This document shows, piece by piece, positions 18,894 to 27,212 of a stretch of DNA of 32,000 bases. Location of the stretch: assembly GCF_000186885.1 (NCBI RefSeq), contig NC_014972.1, positions 2,040,001 through 2,072,000 on the forward strand, given 5' to 3'. Under the pieces are notes generated by a model that made no database searches, was not told where the DNA came from, and saw only the letters and a list, made by a program, of their open reading frames with translations. The position numbers were made by a program, and so were the translations under genes. Within the stretch, counting starts at the first letter, position 1. Every line of letters begins with the position of its first letter. The stretch is from Desulfobulbus propionicus DSM 2032 (GTDB lineage: Bacteria > Desulfobacterota > Desulfobulbia > Desulfobulbales > Desulfobulbaceae).

Positions 18894-19655
18894 TCAGTTG
18901 GAGTCGTTCCCGTACTGTCCCTCCAGGTGGGGGCCTGTGGCGTCGTAGATAACAACCCGGTTGCGGCCCAGCATTTTGGCGTGATAGAGGGCTTGGTCCG
19001 CCTGACGGATCAGCTCGCTGGCCTTGCTGTCACGCGAGGGAACCATCGCGGCCACGCCTTGACTGACCGTAAGAATCGGTGCAACCTGCGAGGTCGCATG
19101 GGGAATTTTCAGCTGGTCGATCCGTTGGTGGAAGAGTTCGGCCACCTTGTAGGCCGCTTCGGCGCTGCAATCGGGCAAAAGGCAAATGAATTCCTCGCCC
19201 CCGTAGCGAGCCAGGGAGTCGGAGACGCGCCGCATCCCCTTCTGCAACGCCGTGGCCACTTCGCGCAGGCATTGATCTCCAGCCACATGACCGTAATGGT
19301 CGTTGAATTTCTTGAACTGATCGATGTCGATCATGATCGCAGCCAAGGAACTGTTGGTGCGCTGGCAACGCCGCCACTCGCGATGCAGCTTGTCCTCATG
19401 GTAACGACGGTTGGCAATGCCGGTCAGGCCATCGAGGTTGGTCAGTTTGCGCAACTCCTCGTTGGCCAGTTCAAGACTTTGGTTCGCTTCCTCGACCTTG
19501 GCGATCTGGGCGACCACCAGTCTGGCGGTGATGGCGGCGGCCTCGCGGGAAGCGAGCACTTCCCGGTAGAGAAGCTGATAGGCGGCAAACAGCTCCTCCT
19601 TGCTCAGTCGCGCCAGTTGCTGTTTGTCCAAATGATAGAGATCAAACGAGTGCAT
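18894..19655 (-). CDS. GGDEF-domain diguanylate cyclase (GGEEF active site, RxxD I-site)
   Basis: LTNLDGLTGIANRRYHEDKLHREWRR...IMIDIDQFKKFNDHYGHVAGDQCLREVA...RVSDSLARYGGEEF; N-terminal coiled-coil-like helix, no TM. Confidence 0.93.
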   Translation of the reverse strand: MHSFDLYHLDKQQLARLSKEELFAAYQLLYREVLASREAAAITARLVVAQIAKVEEANQSLELANEELRKLTNLDGLTGIANRRYHEDKLHREWRRCQRTNSSLAAIMIDIDQFKKFNDHYGHVAGDQCLREVATALQKGMRRVSDSLARYGGEEFICLLPDCSAEAAYKVAELFHQRIDQLKIPHATSQVAPILTVSQGVAAMVPSRDSKASELIRQADQALYHAKMLGRNRVVIYDATGPHLEGQYGNDSN

Positions 19656-20070
19656 TGGCAGCTTCCACGGCCATATCCGCAGCCCGTTTGATCGTTTCCG
19701 CCTCCCCTTCCCCTTCGATCCCGATCAGCCATACCTTGGGCAGGGGATCAAGGCCGAGGTGCGGCAGGGTCTTGAGCAGATAGAGCAATCCCCCGGAATG
19801 GGAATACGCTTCGGTCCACACTTCATCGAGCCGCGCCGCATCGAGCCGCACCACCGAACCTGGATCGGCGAAGCCAACAACCCGATCAACCAGCACCATG
19901 ACCTCGCATCCATCGAAAAACGGCAGCAGATCGAGGCCAGCCAGCCCGCCATCGAGCACCTCGAACGAATCGCCAAGGTTTCTGGAGCGCAGCTCGTCGT
20001 GGACCAGATGGCCGACGGCATCGGCCGTCACCAAGCTGTTGCCCACGCAGATGATCCGCCGCCGGTTCAT
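19642..20070 (-). CDS. Hydrogenase maturation protease (HupD/HycI family)
   Basis: IICVGNSLVTADAVGHLVHDELR...LDGGLAGLDLLPFFDG...VMVLVDRV; overlaps the large-subunit gene by 4 nt. Confidence 0.85.
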   Translation of the reverse strand: MNRRRIICVGNSLVTADAVGHLVHDELRSRNLGDSFEVLDGGLAGLDLLPFFDGCEVMVLVDRVVGFADPGSVVRLDAARLDEVWTEAYSHSGGLLYLLKTLPHLGLDPLPKVWLIGIEGEGEAETIKRAADMAVEAANALV

Positions 20071-21575
20071 GCGCCGATCCGGATCCGGCCCAGGGAATGT
20101 CCTTGCCGGCCCACCGCATGGACCGAGCAGACCATGCACAGATCAAAACTGCGGACCACATGGCCTACCTCCACGGGATCTTCAGGATTATGCACCGGTG
20201 TACCCACCAGGGCCTCTTCGATGGGACCACGAACACCACGGTCATCGCGGGGCGAGGCGTTCCAGGTGGTCGGCGGAACGATCTGGTAATGGTCGATATA
20301 GCCGCCGTTGAGCTGCACCCAGTGGCCGAGCAGGCCGCGGGGCGCCTGGATCAACCCCAGACCGGAACCGTTGGCAGGAACGCCGGTCGGTTGATAAAAG
20401 GGTTCGGCGGGATCGATTGCCCGCAGGTCGCGTTCCATGGTCATCAGCAGGCGACCGGCGCGAACTATGCGTGCCAATTCCCGGGCCAAGGCAGACGTTC
20501 CGTGGCCGGCGACCAGATCCGTCAGCAAGGGATCACGGCGGGTCAGGGCTTCGGCCAAGGCTCCGGTTTCCGCCGGAGAGCCGTTGTACCGTGGCGCCTT
20601 GCACCAGGAATAGGTTCCGCTTGCGGCTGACTCCTTGGGATGGGTTTCGGACTCGGAGGGATGACCGCCTGAATCGCTGTCTTGATAATGGGCGTACCGC
20701 ACCTCCTCGGCGATGTGTCGCTGATCCAGGACATTCAGGGCATCGCCGTGAAGGACATGACCTGCCATCGATTCCGAAGGCGGGTTGTCCACGGGCAATG
20801 GCGGTCCGGTGATGAACGAGCCATGCCAACCACCGAGGTGCTCCAGGGCAAGGGGAAAGGCGCTGCGCAGAAAAAAGCCGAGCTCGCTTGCTCGATGTTC
20901 TGGCCGTTCCTCAAGCCAGTCCTCCAGTTGGACGCGATTATGCACGGCCGCGAACCGCTCCAGGGAGCAACCGAGCACCTCCTGTTCGTACCAGCGGCGA
21001 AATTCCGCGAGCAGCAACCTGCACTGGCGCAGATCGGCTGCGCTGGGCTGGGAGGTAACGCCGCCGGGAACGATGAACGAGGAGTGAGGCCATTGCCCGC
21101 CAAGGATGGCGATGATTTCCGGCAATTTTTTGGTGGCCAGAATGGTCGCGACCACCGTGCTGCCCTGATAGGGGCGGTACCGCTGGATCATTTCCTGGTA
21201 GAGCGGGTGCCGACCGTACCCTGTTGCGGTGAAATCAGCGGCAAACATCAAGAAAAGATGGCGAAAATCGTTTTGCAGTGTTTCCGCGCCCAAGGCAATG
21301 CGGCGCACAAGCAGGCCGTTGCGGCTGACCGCTGTTCTGGTGATGTCTTCCAGGGCCATGGCCGCGGCCAATAAATGACTGGTGCTGCAGATGCCGCAAA
21401 TCCGAGGGGTGATCACCAGGCCGTCCAGGGAACTGCGGCCGATCAGCATGGTTTCGATCCCCCGGTACATGGTCCCGATCATCCAGGCATCGGTCACCAT
21501 CCCGTCTTCAATGGCGACCTTGACCTCCAGATCCCCTTCAACCCGATTCATTGGCATGCATACTGTTTCTGCCAT
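20067..21575 (-). CDS. [NiFe] hydrogenase large subunit
   Basis: N-terminal RICGICSTSH (L1) and C-terminal SFDLCMVCSVH (L2) Ni ligand motifs followed by a 16-residue extension AVGRQGHSLGRIRIGA. Confidence 0.95.
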   Translation of the reverse strand: MAETVCMPMNRVEGDLEVKVAIEDGMVTDAWMIGTMYRGIETMLIGRSSLDGLVITPRICGICSTSHLLAAAMALEDITRTAVSRNGLLVRRIALGAETLQNDFRHLFLMFAADFTATGYGRHPLYQEMIQRYRPYQGSTVVATILATKKLPEIIAILGGQWPHSSFIVPGGVTSQPSAADLRQCRLLLAEFRRWYEQEVLGCSLERFAAVHNRVQLEDWLEERPEHRASELGFFLRSAFPLALEHLGGWHGSFITGPPLPVDNPPSESMAGHVLHGDALNVLDQRHIAEEVRYAHYQDSDSGGHPSESETHPKESAASGTYSWCKAPRYNGSPAETGALAEALTRRDPLLTDLVAGHGTSALARELARIVRAGRLLMTMERDLRAIDPAEPFYQPTGVPANGSGLGLIQAPRGLLGHWVQLNGGYIDHYQIVPPTTWNASPRDDRGVRGPIEEALVGTPVHNPEDPVEVGHVVRSFDLCMVCSVHAVGRQGHSLGRIRIGA

Positions 21576-21593
21576 GCAATCTCCTTCAGCGGT

Positions 21594-22526
21594 TCAGACC
21601 CGTGAACGCCGCTTGATCAACCGCTCGGGTGCGGCCGCGGCCGCCATTCCCTTGTAGGCCAGATAGTGGGCGCGATCCACCCCATCGGGCAATTCCAACG
21701 GCACATCGATGATATTGGGGGTGTGAAAGAAGGGATGGTCCTGAGGGAAATCCGGATCGGTACAGCCAAAGCAGGGAACTCCGGCATTGGTCTTCGAGTT
21801 GCGGTTGTTCCACAGAATTTTGTTGCACGGGGCGTAGGTCAACGGTCCCCGGCATCCCATATGGAAGAACATGCAGCCAGGACCGCCGAAATCGCTGTCT
21901 TCAACCCGATACTCGTGATATTCATTGCGCGTGCAGCCCTGATGGACCAGGATTCCGAACCAGTCTTCCGGCGCTTGATAGCTGTTGAGCGACGGCAACC
22001 GCTCCTCGCAGACCGCGCACAGCGTATCCTTGAGCACCGTGGGATGCACCGGGCAGCCGGGCAGGTTGATGACCGGCCATCCCCTGGCCGAACGAAAGTG
22101 CTCTCCCAGCAGGCCGCCGGGTTGGCGATGGTGGAACTGGAGACCGGTGGCATCGACTTCGCCCAATTTGCCGATACCGCCGAAACACGCGCAGGTGCCG
22201 ACCGCGATCACCGCACCGGCCCTGGCCGCCAGTTCCTCGACAATCAAGGCCTTGGCCTCGCCGCGCAAGGTGTCAAACCCGCCACTCGAAGCAGGACCGG
22301 CGAGAATGAATCCCTCGATCAGCAGGAGATCGAGCGGCTGCTTGCCCTGACGAAAATCAGCCACCAACGTCTCGTACGCGCCCATATTGCCGTGGCTGAA
22401 GGAAGGGTGCCAGAGGGTTATTCGCATCTCGGCGAGCAAAGCGGGCAGGTGCGGTGTTTCCATGCCCAGCAGACTCATGGTGTCGCCCCCGCAGGCGCCG
22501 CACTGCAACCACAAGGCCGTTGGCAT
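21594..22526 (-). CDS. [NiFe] hydrogenase small subunit, no Tat signal (group-2/HupS-like)
   Basis: MPTALWLQCGACGGDTMSLLGME, GTCACFGG, INLPGCPVHP, HQGC...GPGCMFFHMGC...APCNKILWNN...GVPCFGC: ligands for three Fe-S clusters. Confidence 0.93.
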   Translation of the reverse strand: MPTALWLQCGACGGDTMSLLGMETPHLPALLAEMRITLWHPSFSHGNMGAYETLVADFRQGKQPLDLLLIEGFILAGPASSGGFDTLRGEAKALIVEELAARAGAVIAVGTCACFGGIGKLGEVDATGLQFHHRQPGGLLGEHFRSARGWPVINLPGCPVHPTVLKDTLCAVCEERLPSLNSYQAPEDWFGILVHQGCTRNEYHEYRVEDSDFGGPGCMFFHMGCRGPLTYAPCNKILWNNRNSKTNAGVPCFGCTDPDFPQDHPFFHTPNIIDVPLELPDGVDRAHYLAYKGMAAAAAPERLIKRRSRV

Positions 22527-22580
22527 TGAATCCTCCCTCTGGTACGATAAATGGTTTCGTCTCGTTCTTTAGTGAATTTT

Positions 22581-22610
22581 AGTGTATTGCCTTGCAACCA
22601 TTTCTGTCAA
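22581..22610 (-). promoter_or_regulatory. Candidate sigma70-type promoter of the hydrogenase operon
   Basis: On the minus strand TTGACA (22610-22605), 18-nt spacer, TACACT (22586-22581), about 55 nt upstream of ATG 22526, which is preceded by GAGGGAGGA. Confidence 0.5.
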
Positions 22611-22650
22611 GCATCATAACCTTTTTCATTTACTGAAAATTTTTCCAACA

Positions 22651-22944
22651 ATGACCCAACACGCATCTCCCGGGACCGTTGGGGCCGTTCAGCAGGCCCG
22701 CATCGATACCGACTACATTGAACTGGATAAACTGCTCAAGCGGGAAAATCTGACGGCCAGCGGCGGCGAGGCCAGGTACCTGATCAGTCAGGGCCTGGTG
22801 CTGGTCAACGGAATAGTGGAACTCAGAAAACGAAGAAAACTGCGGTCGGGAGACGTGGTGACCTGCGGTGAAACAACGCTTCGGGTGGAAGGCCCCTCCC
22901 CTGCCGGCGCGGCAGGCGATCCGACAGGGGAAAAGGCAGATTGA
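22651..22944 (+). CDS. S4-domain RNA-binding protein (YbcJ/YaaA-like)
   Basis: IELDKLLKRENLTASGGEARYLISQGLVLVNGIVELRKRRKLRSGDVV. Confidence 0.82.
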   Translation: MTQHASPGTVGAVQQARIDTDYIELDKLLKRENLTASGGEARYLISQGLVLVNGIVELRKRRKLRSGDVVTCGETTLRVEGPSPAGAAGDPTGEKAD

Positions 22945-22959
22945 ACAAGGGTATATGAT

Positions 22960-23850
22960 TCAGCGGGTGAGTCGCTGCTGGGCCTCTTCGTAGCGGCTTT
23001 TGGTCTTCGCTAGGATTTCCGCCGGCAAGGGAGGTGGTGGCGGCTGCTTATTCCAATCAAGCGACGACAGATAGTCGCGCAGGAATTGTTTGTCAAAGCT
23101 TGGCTGTCCCTTGCCAGGGGTGTACTGGTCCAGCGGCCAGAACCGCGAGGAATCGGGGGTCAGCACCTCGTCGATCAGCAGCAGGTTGTCACCGTCGAGG
23201 CCCATCTCGAACTTGGTGTCGGCGATGATGATGCCCTTGGTGCGGGCGTAGTCGGCGGCCCGCTGGTAGAGTTGAATGCTGGTCGTGGCCATCTTGTCGG
23301 TCAGCTCAGTGCCGACCAGCTCCCGCATCCGCTCGATGGAGATATTTTCATCGTGCAGACCTTGTTCGGCCTTGGTGGACGGGGTGAACAACGGCTGGGG
23401 AAAGGGATCGGACTCGCGCATCCCCTCGGGCAGGTTGAACCCGCACACCGTGGTGCTTTTCTTGTACGCGCTCCAGAACGAACCGGAGAGATACCCCCGA
23501 ACGATGCACTCGATCGGCACCACCTTGGTACGCTTGACCAGCATGGAGCGACCTTGCAGTTGGTCGCGGTATTGATGGCAGACCTTGGGGAACTGATCGA
23601 TGTCGGCGCTGATCAGGTGGTTGGGCACGATATCGCCAAGCAGCTTGAACCAAAACAGCGAAATCTCGGTCAGCACCTTGCCTTTGCCCGCGATGGGATC
23701 GGTCATGACCACATCATAGGCGGAAATCCGGTCGGTGGCCACCATCAGCAGTTTATCTTCATGGCCTGGAATCTCGTACATATCCCTGACCTTGCCTCGA
23801 TGCAGCAGGTTCAACTCCGGACAGTGGGTGACGATGACAGCCTCACTCAT
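22960..23850 (-). CDS. purC: Phosphoribosylaminoimidazole-succinocarboxamide synthase
   Basis: LLHRGKVRDMYEI, LLMVATDRISAYDVVM, ECIVRGYLSGSFWSAYKK, IIADTKFEMG, LIDEVLTPDSSRFWP. ATG at 23856 is an alternative start. Confidence 0.95.
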   Translation of the reverse strand: MSEAVIVTHCPELNLLHRGKVRDMYEIPGHEDKLLMVATDRISAYDVVMTDPIAGKGKVLTEISLFWFKLLGDIVPNHLISADIDQFPKVCHQYRDQLQGRSMLVKRTKVVPIECIVRGYLSGSFWSAYKKSTTVCGFNLPEGMRESDPFPQPLFTPSTKAEQGLHDENISIERMRELVGTELTDKMATTSIQLYQRAADYARTKGIIIADTKFEMGLDGDNLLLIDEVLTPDSSRFWPLDQYTPGKGQPSFDKQFLRDYLSSLDWNKQPPPPPLPAEILAKTKSRYEEAQQRLTR

Positions 23851-23961
23851 TTTCATGCTCCTGAAACAATGGATTGATTCATAATGACGCCTAGACGATT
23901 AGGCGATTATTGTTATCATTTTATGGAAAAAAGCAACCGCCTTTGCGGCGGTTCACCGGAC

Positions 23962-23989
23962 TTGACAACCCGCACCGGCACCTTACACT
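23962..23989 (+). promoter_or_regulatory. Candidate promoter of the tandem hsp20 genes
   Basis: TTGACA (23962-23967), 16-nt spacer, TACACT (23984-23989), about 45 nt upstream of ATG 24032, with AAGGAGG at 24019-24025. Confidence 0.5.
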
Positions 23990-24031
23990 TACTGATCATA
24001 CCAACCCCCTACCCCCACAAGGAGGTGCAGC

Positions 24032-24490
24032 ATGGCATTCATACGATTTGCAGATCGGCCGGCCTTTCGCAATCCCTGGGCCGAATTTGAACGGATCCGC
24101 CAAGGGCTTGATGAACTCTCGCGCTCCTACGCCGACAAAGGTAAAGGGCAAGCCCGGGCCAATGTCTATCCGGCACTTAATATTTACGAAGAAAGCGACC
24201 GGCTGATCGTGACCGCAGAACTGCCCGGGGTCAAGGTCCACGATCTGGAACTGTCTGTCGAAGGTGAAACCCTGACCATTCAAGGCAAACGGGACAGCCG
24301 CCAAAACGACCCTGGCATCTCCTACCACCGCCGCGAGATTGAATCGGGCAGCTTCAGCCGCGCCATTGCCCTGCCGGTAAAAATCGATACCGAGCAGGTG
24401 GGCGCAAAACTCAGCAACGGCATCCTGACCATCACCCTGATGAAGGCCTCCGAGGTCAAACCCCGTCAGATCAAAGTTACCGCCGAATAG
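24032..24490 (+). CDS. Hsp20/alpha-crystallin family small heat-shock protein
   Basis: IYEESDRLIVTAELPGVKVHDLELSVEGETLTIQGKR...FSRAIALPVKIDTEQVGAKLSNGILTITLMKA. Confidence 0.93.
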   Translation: MAFIRFADRPAFRNPWAEFERIRQGLDELSRSYADKGKGQARANVYPALNIYEESDRLIVTAELPGVKVHDLELSVEGETLTIQGKRDSRQNDPGISYHRREIESGSFSRAIALPVKIDTEQVGAKLSNGILTITLMKASEVKPRQIKVTAE

Positions 24491-24503
24491 AGGAGGCAAG
24501 CGC

Positions 24504-24902
24504 ATGACAGAACAGGAATTGAAGATCCAGGAGAAAAAAGCGGCCCAGCATGACGGTGAAACCACCAAGAGCGAAACCTATTTTGCCCCGCACGTCGACA
24601 TCTTCGAAACCGACAAGGAGGTGACCGTCATCGCCGACGTGCCCGGTGTCACCAGCGAGGGACTCGATCTCTCCCTCGAAGACAACGTACTCACCATTCA
24701 GGGCCACCGCCTGCCGCCGCCTCATCATGGACGGCTCATCCTGGAGGAGTATGAGTGCGGCCACTATCTGCGGCGGTTCACCGTGGCGGAAACCATCGAC
24801 CAAAACAACATCGAGGCGTCTCTCGTTGACGGTGTGCTCAGGGTGCGTCTCCCCAAGGCCGGCCCAGCGCAACCGAGAAAGATCGAGGTCAACATAGGTT
24901 GA
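24504..24902 (+). CDS. Hsp20/alpha-crystallin family small heat-shock protein (second, diverged copy)
   Basis: IFETDKEVTVIADVPGVTSEGLDLSLEDNVLTIQG...YLRRFTVAETIDQNNIEASLVDGVLRVRLPKAGPAQPRKIEV. Confidence 0.93.
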   Translation: MTEQELKIQEKKAAQHDGETTKSETYFAPHVDIFETDKEVTVIADVPGVTSEGLDLSLEDNVLTIQGHRLPPPHHGRLILEEYECGHYLRRFTVAETIDQNNIEASLVDGVLRVRLPKAGPAQPRKIEVNIG

Positions 24903-24947
24903 GCGCGGCCTCTTGCCGATGGATCGGGGATACGCCCCTACTGGAAT

Positions 24948-25778
24948 TCACCGCTTCGGCTTTGGCCGCAACTCGGGACAGGCGGAATTGGAATATTCAA
25001 CCAGTTCCGCCACCAGCGAACCGACCACGATTTTGGAATGAATTTCCACCGGGACCCGGCAGCGATCATCGGTCAGCCAGAGAATGGTGTCGCCGCTTTT
25101 TTCGTACAACCCCTTGAACCGCATCTTGGGCTGGACCTTGAGCGTGTCCCGTTCACCGAACAGGGTGGGTCGTTTTTCCCGTTCCGTGGCCGAAACCCGT
25201 ACTTCATGACGTTTTTTGTCGGCAAAGGTGGGTACGACTATGTTGCCTTCTCCTTTGAAAGCCAAGGCCCTGGTGATGATGAACGAGGCAAACTCGTTAT
25301 ACACCGTGCCGTCTAAACGAAAGGTCTGTTGCGGCTCCTTGTTTTTCCGATATCGGACCTCAAGCTTCTGCTGATCGTACAAGGTCAGCCGGGTAGTCTC
25401 CCTGCCATACCCTTCTTTTTGCTCCACTTCATACCGATAGGGCAATTTCATCGGCCCGCCGACAAAACAGCGGAACGTATCATTCACCGGATAGATCAAT
25501 GAAAGCGGTCCATAGTCCTTGACATGCGCTGAAATGACAAACTGCTGATTCTTTGTCTGATTCGGACGGATCCGCATGGAGATATCACCGATTTTCACCC
25601 CGCCACTCCAGGAGACCGAATAATGCAGGGTTTCGTCGCCCGAAAAAATAACGGCGAGCGTGGCCATATCCACCTGGTCAGGTTGGAGTTCGACCGTTTG
25701 TTGCGCCTCCGCAGCGATATTGGCGGTGAACAACCAGAGGCCAAGGAAAAACGTCGAGATGGTCCGCAGGGTCAGCAT
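24948..25778 (-). CDS. DUF3108-like exported protein
   Basis: N-terminal signal peptide MLTLRTISTFFLGLWLFTANIAAEA, then ...LHYSVSWSGGVKIGDISMRI...PLSLIYPVNDTFRCFVGGPMKLPYRYEVEQKEG... Confidence 0.75.
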   Translation of the reverse strand: MLTLRTISTFFLGLWLFTANIAAEAQQTVELQPDQVDMATLAVIFSGDETLHYSVSWSGGVKIGDISMRIRPNQTKNQQFVISAHVKDYGPLSLIYPVNDTFRCFVGGPMKLPYRYEVEQKEGYGRETTRLTLYDQQKLEVRYRKNKEPQQTFRLDGTVYNEFASFIITRALAFKGEGNIVVPTFADKKRHEVRVSATEREKRPTLFGERDTLKVQPKMRFKGLYEKSGDTILWLTDDRCRVPVEIHSKIVVGSLVAELVEYSNSACPELRPKPKR

Positions 25779-25779
25779 G

Positions 25780-26637
25780 TCAGGAAGCGGTGGCCAACGC
25801 CAGCCAGGTGGCACAGAAGAGCGTCAGGGAAATCAGGCCGTTCATGGAGAAAAAGGACTGACGGATGCGGGACAGGTCTTTGGGCGTGACAATGATATGC
25901 TGATAGAACAGGGCAGCGGCGGTGATAGCCAATCCGCCGTAATACCAGAGGTTGAGCTCCGCCTGCAGACCGGTGAGGGTGAAAAGGCAAAAAGCCAGCA
26001 CATGGAACAACACGGCCACGCGAAAACCGTTGCGGCGGCCAAAGATGGCCGGCATCGAATATAATCCGGCCTCGCGGTCGAAATCGGCGTCGAGGCAGGC
26101 GTAGATGCAATCGAAACCGGCCACCCAGAACAGAACACCGAGCGACAGTATCCAGGGGTATCCTTCCAGGCTGGCGGACACGGCCACCCAGCCGCCGAGC
26201 GGCGAAAAGGCCAGAGCCACCCCGAGCACCACATGGCAGAGCCAGGTGAATCGCTTGGTCAGCGAATAGAAAAGTGTCAATCCCAACGCAAAGGGAGCGA
26301 TCTTGAGCGCCAGGGGGTTGAGCATGAAACAGGCGAAAAAAAACAGCGCGCTGGCCAACACGACCATGCCCCAGGATTCCAGCAGGGTGACCTGGCCGGC
26401 AGGCAGGGCCCTTTGGGCGGTGCGCGGATTGGCGGCGTCAAACCGGCGGTCGACAATGCGGTTGAAGCCCATGGCACTGGTTCGCGCGCCCACCATGGCC
26501 AGGATCACCCACCAGAAGACGGCCGCGTCGGGGACTCCCCGGCCAGCGAGAAAAGCGCCCATGAGGGCAAAGGGCATGGCGAAGACAGTGTGCTTGAATT
26601 TGATCATCTCAAGCAGGACGGCAATTTTGTTCCACAT
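25780..26637 (-). CDS. UbiA-family polyprenyltransferase (MqnP-like, menaquinone biosynthesis)
   Basis: GARTSAMGFNRIVDRRFDAANPRTAQRALPAG and DADFDREAGLYSMPAIFG: two Asp-rich prenyltransferase motifs; multi-TM. Confidence 0.88.
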   Translation of the reverse strand: MWNKIAVLLEMIKFKHTVFAMPFALMGAFLAGRGVPDAAVFWWVILAMVGARTSAMGFNRIVDRRFDAANPRTAQRALPAGQVTLLESWGMVVLASALFFFACFMLNPLALKIAPFALGLTLFYSLTKRFTWLCHVVLGVALAFSPLGGWVAVSASLEGYPWILSLGVLFWVAGFDCIYACLDADFDREAGLYSMPAIFGRRNGFRVAVLFHVLAFCLFTLTGLQAELNLWYYGGLAITAAALFYQHIIVTPKDLSRIRQSFFSMNGLISLTLFCATWLALATAS

Positions 26638-26639
26638 GG

Positions 26640-27212
26640 TCAGATTCCCTGCCAACGGCTCATGGTTGCGGCCGGCACAGCGATCCCGAGAAGATCGCAC
26701 AGACGGGCGGCATAGTTGCGGGCCATTTCGTCCATATCCTTGGGATGGGTATAAAAAGAGGGCATGGGCGGACAGAGGATGGCGCCAGCATCGTGCGCCG
26801 CCAGCATATTGGTCAGATGGGTCCGATTGAGCGGGGTTTCCCGCACGGCCAGCAGCAGGGGGCGCCGCTCCTTGAGGGTGACATCGGCGGCGCGGTGCAC
26901 CAAATTGCCACAGTAGCCGCCGGCAATGGCGGCCAAGCTGCCGACCGTGCACGGCAGGACCACCATGGCATCGTAGAGGGCCGAACCCGAGGCTGGTGGG
27001 GCCGCAAAATCATCCGACGCAAACCAGCGGGAAACCAGCGGCAACTGCTCCGGCGTCCATCCCAGTTCAAAACGCAACACCTTGCGGCCCGATTCCGAGA
27101 TGATGCCATGCACCTCGACCTGTTGCTCCGCCAGCAGTTGCAGAAGTGCCGGTACATAGAGCATGCCGGAGGCGCCGGTGATGGCGAGAATAAGACGCCG
27201 ACAGCCTGCCAT
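26640..27212 (-). CDS. ubiX: Flavin prenyltransferase UbiX-family
   Basis: LILAITGASGMLYVPALLQLL, VVLPCTVGSLAAIAGGYCGNLVHRAADVTLKERRPLLLAVRETPLNRTHLTNM. Confidence 0.92.
   Translation of the reverse strand: MAGCRRLILAITGASGMLYVPALLQLLAEQQVEVHGIISESGRKVLRFELGWTPEQLPLVSRWFASDDFAAPPASGSALYDAMVVLPCTVGSLAAIAGGYCGNLVHRAADVTLKERRPLLLAVRETPLNRTHLTNMLAAHDAGAILCPPMPSFYTHPKDMDEMARNYAARLCDLLGIAVPAATMSRWQGI

Noticed and set aside
18894-22526. Assigning the hydrogenase as a classic HupUV/HoxBC regulatory sensor
   Set aside because: The large subunit retains a 16-aa C-terminal extension and has its own maturation protease; no histidine kinase is adjacent. A catalytic group-2-like enzyme is the safer call.
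23888-23953. CRISPR-like or mobile-element signal from two close palindromes
   Set aside because: The two hairpins are different sequences, not a repeat-spacer array, and there are no cas or transposase genes.
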